NCBI GenBank assembly: GCA_019246795.1
Contig: JAFAPY010000210.1
Location: forward strand, 13,127 to 77,126
Direction: 5' to 3'
Length of the DNA stretch: 64,000 bases
Source of the DNA: Streptosporangiaceae bacterium
GTDB lineage: Bacteria > Actinomycetota > Actinomycetes > Streptosporangiales > Streptosporangiaceae
In this document: positions 19,164 to 27,971 of the stretch, in pieces
Numbering within the stretch: the stretch's first letter is position 1
Layout: every line of letters starts with the position of its first letter
The notes under the pieces: generated by a model
Seen by the model: the letters and a program-made list of their open reading frames with translations, nothing else
The model's database searches: none
Told to the model about the DNA's origin: nothing
Made by a program: the position numbers and the translations under genes

Positions 19164-20080
19164 CCGTGCCGGTTACGGTCGTCATCGCCACGCGGAACCG
19201 GGCGGCCGAGCTGTGCCGTACCCTCGGCAGGCTGGCAGCCCTGAGCGAGGCGCCCGATGTCATCGTGGTCGACAACGGATCGGCCGACGGGACCGCGACC
19301 GCGGTACGGGATTCCTATCCGGCGGTGCAGGTGGTCACCCTGCCGGGCAACCGCGGCGCGTGGGCGCGGAACGTGGGCGTGGCACGCGCCCGTACTCGAT
19401 ATGTGGCGTTCAGCGACGATGACTCCTGGTGGGAGCCGGGATCGCTGCGGCTGGCCTGTGATCTGCTCGACGCCTATCCCGGGATCGGCCTGATCGTCGG
19501 CCGGATCCTGGTGGGCGAGCACCGGGCCGACGACCCGCTGAACGCCGTGCTCGCCGCCAGCCCGCTGCCGCGGGACGGGCTGCCGGGTCCCCGCGTGCTC
19601 GGGTTTCTCGGCTGCTCCGCCGTGGCCCGGCGTTCGGCATACCTGAGCGTCGGCGGGTACAGCGCCTTGTTCGGCATCGGCGGCGAGGAGGAACTGCTGG
19701 CGCTGGACCTGGCCGCGGCGGGCTGGGCCGCCGTGTACGTGGACCGGATGATCGTCCGGCACATTCCCTCCACGGCCAGGAACACGGCCAGGCGCCGCGC
19801 CGTGGAACAGCGCAACGCGGTGCTGGTGCAGTGGCTGCGCCGCCCGGCGGCCCGGGCCGCGGTCGGCACGGCGCTGCTCGCTGCACGGGCGCTGCGGGAC
19901 CCGGCCGCGCGCAGCGCGCTGGCCGCCCTGCTCCGGATGCTGCCGCGCGCGCTGCCGGGCCGGCGTCGGGTCCCGGCCGGCCTGGAGGCGGAGCTGCGCC
20001 TGCTGGAGCAGGCGGGCCGTCGCGCGCAACCTGGCGGTACGGCAGATACGCACCCCCTACGGCGCATTCTGCGAGGATGA
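19160..20080 (+). CDS. GT2-family glycosyltransferase
   Basis: VTVVIATRNRAAEL...VIVVDNGSADGT...FSDDDSWW. GTG start in a GTGA overlap with the kinase stop. Confidence 0.85.
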
Positions 20081-20122
20081 CACCTGGTGGGACCCGGGAC
20101 GCTGCGCCGCTACGCCGGCTAA

Positions 20123-20170
20123 GCGGCCGCGGCGGCTTGCCGGGAGCGCGCGCTCCGGCAGGCACTGAGC
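20123..20170 (+). repeat. Copy C (opposite genomic orientation) of the dispersed GC-rich hairpin repeat
   Basis: ggcggcttgccgggagcgcgcgctccggcaggcactgagc is homologous to the reverse complement of 3815-3864 and 57077-57126. Contains the perfect palindrome GGAGCGCGCGCTCC and is flanked by direct GCGGCCGCGGCG repeats. Lies 42 nt after the GT2 stop. Confidence 0.65.
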
Positions 20171-20190
20171 GGCCGCGGCGCCCCAGGGCG

Positions 20191-20229
20191 GGCCCGGAGC
20201 CCCGGGGAGGGGTACCGGGGCTCCGGGCC
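20191..20229. terminator. Perfect 15-bp-stem hairpin between convergent genes
   Basis: GGCCCGGAGCCCCGG-ggaggggta-CCGGGGCTCCGGGCC between the GT2 (+) and TPP-enzyme (-) 3' ends. Confidence 0.6.
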
Positions 20230-20252
20230 GGCTTTCGGGGGAGGGCAGCCGG

Positions 20253-22004
20253 TCACGCCCGCAGCTGCTGGATCTTGTCCTTGAACAGCGTGGTCGCGAT
20301 CGTGGCCTTGCGCGGCTGCCCCCGCAGGAACGCCTCGGCGAACTTCTTCGCCTGCTCGTAAGAGACCTTGCCCGGCATCGGCGGCTCGTCCGGGTTGACG
20401 TGCACGTCGACCAGCGCTGGCCCGTCGTGGCTCAGCGCCTGCCGGACCGCCTCCGCCAGCTCGCCCGGCTGGGTCACCTTGACGCCGTGAGCGCCGTTGG
20501 CGACGGCGAAGGAAGAGAAGTCGGCGAACGGCTGCGGGTAGCGCACGCCGTGCTCAGGGTAGCCGAGGATCATCTGCTCCCACAGGATCTGGCCGAGGGA
20601 GTTGTTGTTGTTGATGATGACCTTGACCGGCAGGTCGTGCTGGATGGCGGTGAGGAACTCGGCCATCAGCATGGCGAAGCCGCCGTCACCGACAAACGCG
20701 ATCACCTGCCGGCCGGGGAAGGCATGCTGGATCGCGACCGCGTAGGGCAGCCCGGGCGCCATCGTGGCCAGGTTGCCGGACAGGTAGAACCGGCGGTCGC
20801 CGCGGATCCTCCAGTGCCGGGCCGCCCAGGTCGCGATCGTGCCGCTGTCGCAGGTGAGCACGGCGTCGTCGGTGGCCGCCCGGTTGACCACGCTCATCAG
20901 GTACTGCGGCGCGATCGGGTCGCGCTGGGCATCTTCAAGGGCCGCCATGTTCGTGCGCCAGGTGTCCATTTCCTGGGAGTACCTGGCGAGGAACGACGTG
21001 TCTGACCGGCGCTTGAGCAGCGGCAGCAGCGCGCGCAGCCCGTCGCGGGCGTCGCCGACCACCGGGACATCGGTGGCGATCCTGGCGCCGGCCCGCGCCG
21101 GATCGACGTCGAGCTGCGCGGCGCGCACCTGGGACGGCAGGTGCTTGGTATAGGGGAAGTTCGTGCCGACGAGGAACAGGGTGTCGATCTCGTCCATCAG
21201 ATCTTCTGACGGCTTGGTGCCGAGCAGCCCGATCCCGCCCGTGGTGTACGGCGAGTCGTCGGGGACCACGGCCTTGCCCGGCAGCGTCTTCACGATCGGC
21301 GCGGCCAGGGCCTCGGCAAGCGCCAGCACTTCCTCCCGCGCGTGCAGCGCCCCGGCGCCGGCCAGGATGGCGATCTTGTCCCCCTCGTTGAGGAACTCGG
21401 CGAGCCGCTGGAGGTCCTCTGCGCGCGGCTGGCCCGGCGGCTCCGCGTATACCGCGGCCGTCCTCGGTGAGGCAGCCGGGGCGACGTGCTGCCATGGGTC
21501 GGCGTCGGCGTCGGCCACCTGGATGTCGTTCGGCACGGTGATGTGCGACACGCCGCGCCGGGCGTAGCAGGTGCGGATCGCCAGGTCGACCACGGCAGGG
21601 ACCTGCACCGGGTTATAGATCATCTGGTCGTATTCGGCCACGTCGGCGTACAGCTTGGTGAGATCCACCTCCTGCTGGTACGCGGTGCCGAGCAGTGACG
21701 TTTCCTGCATGCCGGTGATCGCGAGCACCGGAGCATGGTCCAGCTTGGCGTCGTACAGCCCGTTGAGCAGGTGAATGCCGCCCGGCCCGGAGGTCGCCAG
21801 GCACACGCCCACCTTCCCGGTCGCCTTGGCGTGCGCGGTGGCCATGAACGCGGCGGCTTCCTCGTGATGGACCAGGACGAACCGGACCTTGTCCTGGTGC
21901 CGCCGCAGCCCTTCCATGATCCCGTCTCCGGGCAGGCCGAAGACGGTGTCGACGCCCCAGTCCGCAAGCCGCTCCACCAGGGCTTCCGATACGATCTGTG
22001 CCAC
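20253..22004 (-). CDS. Thiamine-pyrophosphate-dependent enzyme (pyruvate oxidase / PoxB-like)
   Basis: N-terminal TPP-Pyr domain (VFGLPGDGIMEGL...HEEAAAFMATAHAK..GPGGIHLLNGLYDA). C-terminal TPP-binding GDGGF...NN motif. Confidence 0.85.
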   Translation of the reverse strand: MAQIVSEALVERLADWGVDTVFGLPGDGIMEGLRRHQDKVRFVLVHHEEAAAFMATAHAKATGKVGVCLATSGPGGIHLLNGLYDAKLDHAPVLAITGMQETSLLGTAYQQEVDLTKLYADVAEYDQMIYNPVQVPAVVDLAIRTCYARRGVSHITVPNDIQVADADADPWQHVAPAASPRTAAVYAEPPGQPRAEDLQRLAEFLNEGDKIAILAGAGALHAREEVLALAEALAAPIVKTLPGKAVVPDDSPYTTGGIGLLGTKPSEDLMDEIDTLFLVGTNFPYTKHLPSQVRAAQLDVDPARAGARIATDVPVVGDARDGLRALLPLLKRRSDTSFLARYSQEMDTWRTNMAALEDAQRDPIAPQYLMSVVNRAATDDAVLTCDSGTIATWAARHWRIRGDRRFYLSGNLATMAPGLPYAVAIQHAFPGRQVIAFVGDGGFAMLMAEFLTAIQHDLPVKVIINNNNSLGQILWEQMILGYPEHGVRYPQPFADFSSFAVANGAHGVKVTQPGELAEAVRQALSHDGPALVDVHVNPDEPPMPGKVSYEQAKKFAEAFLRGQPRKATIATTLFKDKIQQLRA

Positions 22005-22133
22005 CGCTGCCTCCGTCAGGGTTCCGCTCGGCTGCCCACCTGTCCACCGTGAGCCGGGTCAAACATCGCGTGCCGCACCGCTCCGGAAGGCACGCAGGGC
22101 CGGTCCTTTCCCGGCAGGGCCCCGTGCGCGGTA

Positions 22134-23480
22134 ATGTCGGGGATCATGACCATGCGGCTTGCCCAGGCGCCCGGCAACGAGCCCTCAGGTGCCCGCGGAG
22201 TTCCGGGCGACGAACCCGGTGCCGTCGCACGCGAGGACCGGCTCAGGGACATCCAGGCGATCGCCGACGCCGCGCTGTCCCGGCTGCAGGCGCCGGAGCT
22301 GCTGCGCGAGCTGCTGGAGCGCGTCAGGGAGGTGCTGCGCGCCGACACCGCGGCGGTGCTGCTGCTGGACCGCGCGTCCGGGCAGCTCGTCGCCACCGCA
22401 GCCTGCGGTATCGAGGAGGAAGTACAGCAGGGAGTCCGCATCCCGGTCGGCATGGGATTCGCGGGCCGGGTGGCCGCCGAGCGGCGCCCGGTGATGCTCG
22501 AGCATGTTGACCACGGCACGGTGCTCAATCCGCTGCTGCTGGCCAGGGGCATCCGCTCGCTGCTCGGCGTGCCGCTGCTCGCGGGCGGGGACGTGCTCGG
22601 CGTGCTGCACGTCGGTTCGCTGCAGCACCGGGCGTTCACCGCTGACGAGACGGTTCTGCTGCAGCTTGCCGCCGACCGCGCGGCCGTTGCCGTGCAGTCG
22701 ATGACGTCACAGGACGACCGGATGGCCGCGGTGGCGCTGCAGCGTAGCCTGCTCCCCCCCACGCTGCCCGCCGTGGCGGGGCTGGACATGGCGGCGCGAT
22801 ACGTGACCGGTGCCGGGATCGTCGGCGGCGACTGGTACGACGTGTTCGTGCTGCCGTCAGGCAGGCTGGGCCTGGTGATCGGGGACGTGGCCGGCAGCGG
22901 GCTGCCGGCGGCGGTGATCATGGGCCGGGTACGCAGCGCGTTGCGCGCGTACGCGCTCGAGGGCGCCGACCCGGGCGAGGTGCTGCGCAAGCTCGACCGC
23001 AAGATCCAGTACTTCGAGGCCGAGGCCATGGCCACCGTGCTGTACGCGGTCTGCGAGCCCGGCAGCGGGCAGTTCGCCGTCGCCTCGGCCGGGCACCTGC
23101 CGCCGGTCGTCTCGGTCCCCTGCCGGCCTGCGGGCCCTGTCGACGTCGAGGTGGGGCCGCCGATCGGCGTGGCCGAGGACCGGCCGCGGCGGTCCAGCCC
23201 GATCTCGCTGCCGCCGGGCGCGATGATCTGCTTCTACACCGACGGCCTGGTGGAAAGGCGGGACAGGCCGCTGGACCACGGTATCGCCGCCCTGGCGGCA
23301 GCGCTCAGCGAGGCGCAGACCGTGACAACGCCGCCGAGCGGGGCCGAGGCCGCCTGCGCCACGATCATGAGCGCGCTCATCGGCCACGACCCGGCCCCCG
23401 ACGATGCCGCGGTGCTGGTGCTGCGGCGCGAGCCGACAGCACCCGCGGAACCGTCCGCGGCGGTTCCGGCAGGCCGCTAG
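22134..23480 (+). CDS. GAF-PP2C (SpoIIE-family) phosphatase
   Basis: GAF-like N-terminal part (LLERVREVLRADTAAVLLLD...GFAGRVAAERRPV). SpoIIE motifs (GGDWYDVF, IGDVAGSG, FYTDGLVERR, DDAAVLVL). Confidence 0.85.
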   Translation: MSGIMTMRLAQAPGNEPSGARGVPGDEPGAVAREDRLRDIQAIADAALSRLQAPELLRELLERVREVLRADTAAVLLLDRASGQLVATAACGIEEEVQQGVRIPVGMGFAGRVAAERRPVMLEHVDHGTVLNPLLLARGIRSLLGVPLLAGGDVLGVLHVGSLQHRAFTADETVLLQLAADRAAVAVQSMTSQDDRMAAVALQRSLLPPTLPAVAGLDMAARYVTGAGIVGGDWYDVFVLPSGRLGLVIGDVAGSGLPAAVIMGRVRSALRAYALEGADPGEVLRKLDRKIQYFEAEAMATVLYAVCEPGSGQFAVASAGHLPPVVSVPCRPAGPVDVEVGPPIGVAEDRPRRSSPISLPPGAMICFYTDGLVERRDRPLDHGIAALAAALSEAQTVTTPPSGAEAACATIMSALIGHDPAPDDAAVLVLRREPTAPAEPSAAVPAGR

Positions 23481-24684
23481 GCGGCCTTCGCGGTCGCGTT
23501 GCCGTAAACCGCGAGCGTCTCCCCGGCGATCCGGTCCCAGGAGTAGCGGGACCTGGCCCGGTCGGCTGCCGCCACCCCGTAGGCCTCTAGCAGCATCGGG
23601 TGCGCCAGGAGCTGCCTGATCCGCTGGGCCAGCAGTGCCGGCTTGGTCGGCGGGACCAGGATGCCCGTCGTCCCGTCGACCACGGCGTCCACGTGGCCGC
23701 CGACCGGCGGCGCGACCACCGGGGTGCCGCAGGCCATCGCCTGCAGGGACGTGGTGCCGGACGGCTCGTAGGTGCAGGTGCTGACCACCAGGTCGGCGGA
23801 GCGCAGCAGCGCGGGCAGCGCGCCGTACTCCACCTTCCCGGTGAACGCTACCCGGTCGGAGATGCCCAGCTTGCCGGAGAACCGGGCCGCGTCGACATAG
23901 TCGCCGTGGCGGGGGAGCTCGGCGCGGGGCGGCCCGCCGACGATCACGAGTTCCGCGCCAGGGACCTTGGTCAGCGCCAGCAGCAGCGTCTGCAGCGCCT
24001 CGCGTTCGGAGAAGTCGGCCGTGGCGAGCAGCCGCGGACGGCCGTTGCGCTCAGCGGCCGGCCCTTCCGGCGCGAACGTGTCGGTGTCCACGCCCCAGGG
24101 CACCACCCTGATCGAGGACCGGTGCACGCCCAGGCTGGCCAGGTCAGAAACCTCCGCCGAGTTCGTCGCGACCACGGCCGCGGCGCTGCGCCCGATCGCG
24201 GGCTCCAGTCTCCTCCGCGCCGCCGCCGCGCTGTCTGCCATCGACCGCCCGCGCCGCTCGGCGACGCCGAGTGAGTTGAACTCCTGCACCACCGGGATGC
24301 TGAGGTCCCGCGCCGCGGCGAGCGCCGCCAGCCCGCTGGTCCAGCGCAGCGCGTGCACCACATCCGGCCGGTCCCGCAGCCAGCGGGTGCGCAGCGGGCC
24401 GCTGAACGCCGGCACCTGCTGCAGCAGGTCGGTGTCGCCGCGTTCGCGGGCTGCCGGCCCGGGGGGGAGCTGGCCAGCGGTGATGTGCTCGACGCGCGCC
24501 CCGTCGGGGAGCGCGGCCTCGTCGGGCAGGTCCGGGTGGTGCTTCTGGGCGTACAGCGTTACCTGGTGACCTTGCTGGGCGAGCTTCCTGGTGAGCTCGG
24601 TAAGCCCGATGTCATCGCTGTCAGGTCCGGAGCCTGCCCGCGGACGCAGCGGCGTCGCATGCTGGGCGACCAGGGCTATCTTCA
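23477..24684 (-). CDS. GT4-family glycosyltransferase (independently initiated at ATG 24684)
   Basis: MKIALVAQH... preceded by GAGGAGG 7 nt upstream. C-terminal EX7E-type region (YEPSGTTSLQAMACGTPVV). The same frame stays open upstream into the STAS ORF. Confidence 0.8.
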
Positions 24685-25225
24685 TGCAGCGGCCTCCTCG
24701 CCGACGAACTTCGCTCGGCACGGTGTCATCGGCGGGGCCGGGAAACAAAAGAAAGGCAGTGCCACGTCGGCACGCCCCGCGAGAACACCGTAACGCGGTC
24801 AGCGTGCCTGCGTCGTAGGCACCGCTAGGGGAAGCATATCCCATACGCACGCGCGGCAAACACCGGCTGGCGGATAAGCCCGCGGCGGCTGCTGCGACGC
24901 TCTCGAAGACGGGGATCAGCCGGTCCGCAGTGGTCAGCCTGAGGATCTTCGCGACCGCAGGCTGCGGGGACACCAGCGCGAGCACGCCGCCTTGCCGGTC
25001 CAGCTCCCGGTTTACCCGCAGCAGCGCGTGCAGCGCGGAAGAGTCCAGGAAGCGCAGCCCGGACAGGTCGATGATCAGCGTGCGCGGCTGCTGCGCAACC
25101 TCCTCCTCCAGAAGGCGGCGCAACTCGTCGGTGTTGGTCACGTCGGCCTCTCCGGCGATCTCCACCAGCGTGTACGGCTGGCCGGCGGATTCCCGGGCCT
25201 TGACCAAGACCGTCAGCAGATCCAC
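24685..25225 (-). CDS. STAS-domain anti-sigma-factor antagonist (RsbV/SpoIIAA-like) with no in-frame stop; reads through into the GT4 ORF
   Basis: VDLLTVLV...LIIDLSGLRFLDSSALHALLRV...ILRLTTADRLIPVF, with a phosphorylatable Ser in the DSS motif. GTG at 25225 or 25243. No stop codon before 23477. Confidence 0.7.
24743..24776 (-). terminator. Intrinsic-terminator-like hairpin plus U-tract between the STAS domain and the GT4 start
   Basis: Minus-strand RNA GGCGUGCC-GACGU-GGCAC(U)GCC followed by UUUCUUUUGUUU. Confidence 0.55.
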
Positions 25226-25296
25226 GCACTTGTTGTACCACACAGCGCATTACCGCGGGGTAGCCCGCGCCCATGTTGACTCGGCCCCCGAGCCGG

Positions 25297-25740
25297 TCAC
25301 CAGCCCGGCAGCGCCATGTGCATCGTGATCGTGGTCCCCGATGTGCCCGAGCGCACGTCCACCTTGTCGCAGACCTCGTGCACGATCCACAGCCCGTGAC
25401 CGCCGGGGCCGTCCAGGGAAGGCCGGCGCCGGCCCGCGAGCGGATCGGAGATCGCGCCCTCGTCGCTGACCTGGCAGACGATCTCCCCGGCGTCGTGCCA
25501 GATCCGCAGGCAGCCAGGGGACCTGGCGTGGCGGACGGTGTTGGCGGCCACCTCGCTGACCGCCAGCACCAGGTCGACCGTGCGGGCCTCGCTCAGCCCG
25601 GCAGCGCCGGCGTGACGGCGTACCACGGCACGCAGTGCGGACAGATCCGTGGTGAAGCTGAACGTCACCGGGCGCGCGCGTCGTGCGGATTCTGCCTCCC
25701 CGGTCACCAGCCACACGATACACTGCGGCCCCGCGGGCAC
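25297..25740 (-). CDS. Anti-sigma factor / STAS kinase (RsbW/SpoIIAB-like HATPase)
   Basis: VSEVAANTVRHA (N-box-like), DEGAISDP, GGHGLWIVHEVCD (G-box-like). Sits immediately upstream of the STAS ORF. Confidence 0.8.
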   Translation of the reverse strand: MPAGPQCIVWLVTGEAESARRARPVTFSFTTDLSALRAVVRRHAGAAGLSEARTVDLVLAVSEVAANTVRHARSPGCLRIWHDAGEIVCQVSDEGAISDPLAGRRRPSLDGPGGHGLWIVHEVCDKVDVRSGTSGTTITMHMALPGW

Positions 25741-25817
25741 ATCGACGGGCGCCGCGGCGGTAGCAATCAGTGACGAGTTCGCAGCTCGCCGGCGCGGGCT
25801 GCCGGTCTGCGGAGGTC

Positions 25818-26021
25818 AGGATGCGACGGGTCGGCGGCCTGGTGTTGGCGATATGGCTGATCATCGGGGCGATAGCGGCAGGCCAGCGCGGTTACTACGG
25901 GTCGTCGCCGTCGAACTGCGCCCATGCGGGCACGATCGTGCTCACGATCGCCGCCGGACCGCTCAACTACCTCGGGGTCAACCCCAAGCTTTCCTGCCAC
26001 GTGCCGCAGCCAAGCAGCTAG
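25818..26021 (+). CDS. Small membrane protein (hypothetical)
   Basis: MRRVGGLVLAIWLIIGAIAAGQRGYYG... has one or two TM helices. ATG 25818 is internal to the listed ORF. Overlaps the convergent GT9 3' end by 44 nt. Confidence 0.45.
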   Translation, partial: RMRRVGGLVLAIWLIIGAIAAGQRGYYGSSPSNCAHAGTIVLTIAAGPLNYLGVNPKLSCHVPQPSS

Positions 26022-27033
26022 TGGCATCGAGAACGGCACGGGCGGCCGCGATCACCTCCGCGGTGCTCAGCGCGAGAAGCCCCGGGTCAGGCTGGTCCGC
26101 GTGCGGGTCGCCGTCCCGGCCGGCCCACAGCACCCGGTGCCACGGCCGCGGCGGCGGCCCCCACAGCCGCGGTGCCACCGGCCCGGCCAGCGTCACCGCC
26201 GGCCTGGCGTAGGCGGCGGCCAGGTGCGCCATGCCGGTGTCGCCGCTGAGCACCAGGGCGGCGTCCGCGGTGAGCGCGGCCAGTTCCAGCAGCCCGGTGC
26301 GGCCGGCGAGCACGCCGCCGGCGTCCAGCCCCGCCAGGTCCGCGACGCGGCGGGCCAGCGGCCGCTCCTGTGCGGTGCCGGTGACCACGAGCCGGCCCGG
26401 GCCCGCCGACGAAGCCAGCGCCCGGGCCACCTCGGCCCACCGGCTGGGCGGCCAGCGGCGGGCGGCCGAGGCCGCCCCGGGGTGGATGATCACCGCGCCG
26501 GGCCGCGGTGACGGCACCGGCGGGCGGGGCAGCCCCAGCGCGCCCGGATCGGCCGGGATCCCGGTCTCGGCCAGCAGCCGGCACCACCGGGCCACCTCGT
26601 GCTCGTCGGCGTGCCACCGCGGCAGCCCGCGCGTGGCGGGCACGTCGCGGTGCTCGAATGCGATCAGCCGCCACGGCGCGGTCGCCAGCAGCAGCCGGCT
26701 GCTCTGCGGACCGCGGCCGTGCAGGTTGACCGCGACATCGGCGCCGTGCAGCGCGCGGTCCAGCGGCTCTGCTGCCCCGGGGGGACGACCCTGGCCGTTC
26801 AGCCGCTCCTGGCGGCGGGCCCAGACCCCCCCGACGTAGAGCGCCCCGGTGTCCGTGACGTCGTCCACCGCGCCGGACAGCGCGGCCAGCGGCGCGAGCA
26901 CGGCGGGCGCCGCCAGCGTGACACGTGCCTGGCCGAACGCGGCGCGCAGCCCGCGCAGCGCCGGGATCGCAGTCAGCAGGTCACCAAGGCCCAGCGCGCG
27001 CAGCACCACGACACGCGGCTTCGCTGCGGTCAT
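25978..27033 (-). CDS. GT9-family glycosyltransferase (heptosyltransferase-like)
   Basis: VVVLRALGLGDLLTAIPALRGL N-terminus, GDTGMAHLAAAYARP motif. ATGA overlap with the upstream gene. Confidence 0.85.
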   Translation of the reverse strand: MTAAKPRVVVLRALGLGDLLTAIPALRGLRAAFGQARVTLAAPAVLAPLAALSGAVDDVTDTGALYVGGVWARRQERLNGQGRPPGAAEPLDRALHGADVAVNLHGRGPQSSRLLLATAPWRLIAFEHRDVPATRGLPRWHADEHEVARWCRLLAETGIPADPGALGLPRPPVPSPRPGAVIIHPGAASAARRWPPSRWAEVARALASSAGPGRLVVTGTAQERPLARRVADLAGLDAGGVLAGRTGLLELAALTADAALVLSGDTGMAHLAAAYARPAVTLAGPVAPRLWGPPPRPWHRVLWAGRDGDPHADQPDPGLLALSTAEVIAAARAVLDATSCLAAARGRKAWG

Positions 27034-27971
27034 GAGCCCGCCAGCTCGGCGAGCAGCCGGTCCCAGTCACGCAGGAAGCGGCCCAGACCGTACCTGCCCA
27101 GCGCGTGCTCGCGGGCGGCCATGCCGGCCAGCCTGGCCCGCCCGGGATCGGCGAGCAGCTCGGCGCAGGCACCGGCAAGGGCGTCCACGTTCGTGGACAC
27201 CGCGCCCGCGGACGGCGGCACCGCCTCCGGCGCCTCGGTGGCGGCCAGCGCGACCACGGGCATGCCCAGGTGCATCGCCTCGATGAGCGACAGGCCCAGC
27301 GACGTCCAGCGGACCGGGTGCAGGTAGAGCCGCCGCCGCGGCATTTCGTCCAGCAGCAGCTTGTGCGGCAGGTCCACGCCGCCGAGCGGCTCGGTGCCCA
27401 TGCCGAACAGGTCCACGCGCATCCGGCGCCGGAACTGTCCGAGCAGGTCGGTACCGGTCACCCGGCCGCGGCGCAGCGGATCGTTCACCACCATCACCGC
27501 GGCGTCCAGCTCGCCGGTGTACCGGTAGCCGGGGTCGGGCACGCCGTGCTCGATCACCACCGTCGGTGTGGCGCCGCAGTCCCAGAACAGCCGGTTGAAG
27601 TGCGTCACGTGCACGATAACGAGCCCGGGCCGGCCCGCGGCCGGATGGCGCATGCTGGCTACCGGCGCGGCCGGGGTGTTGTGCTCGACGTAGGCGACCG
27701 GCAGGTCGTGTCCTGGTCGCCGGCCGGTCCACCGGGCGATCAGCTCCAGCTCATGGGGACGCTGCGCGATCGCCACGTCGATGGCGGCACCGGGCAGCTC
27801 GCCCGGGGTGACCTCGGCGGCGTTCGGCGGCCAGTCGAAGGTGCCCGGCCGGGACGGGCGTCCCCGCCCGTCCGGCGGCCGCCCGGGCAGCACCGGGATC
27901 AGGTAGTCGTGGCCGCCTTGCACCAGCGCCGTGGTCCAGGAGCCGTGTACGTGCCACAGCAGTACCTTCAC
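27030..27971 (-). CDS. Glycosyltransferase (GT1/GT4-like fold)
   Basis: GTG 27971 in a GTGA overlap with the carbamoyltransferase stop. C-terminal SLIEAMHLGMPVVALA motif. Confidence 0.7.
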   Translation of the reverse strand: MKVLLWHVHGSWTTALVQGGHDYLIPVLPGRPPDGRGRPSRPGTFDWPPNAAEVTPGELPGAAIDVAIAQRPHELELIARWTGRRPGHDLPVAYVEHNTPAAPVASMRHPAAGRPGLVIVHVTHFNRLFWDCGATPTVVIEHGVPDPGYRYTGELDAAVMVVNDPLRRGRVTGTDLLGQFRRRMRVDLFGMGTEPLGGVDLPHKLLLDEMPRRRLYLHPVRWTSLGLSLIEAMHLGMPVVALAATEAPEAVPPSAGAVSTNVDALAGACAELLADPGRARLAGMAAREHALGRYGLGRFLRDWDRLLAELAGS

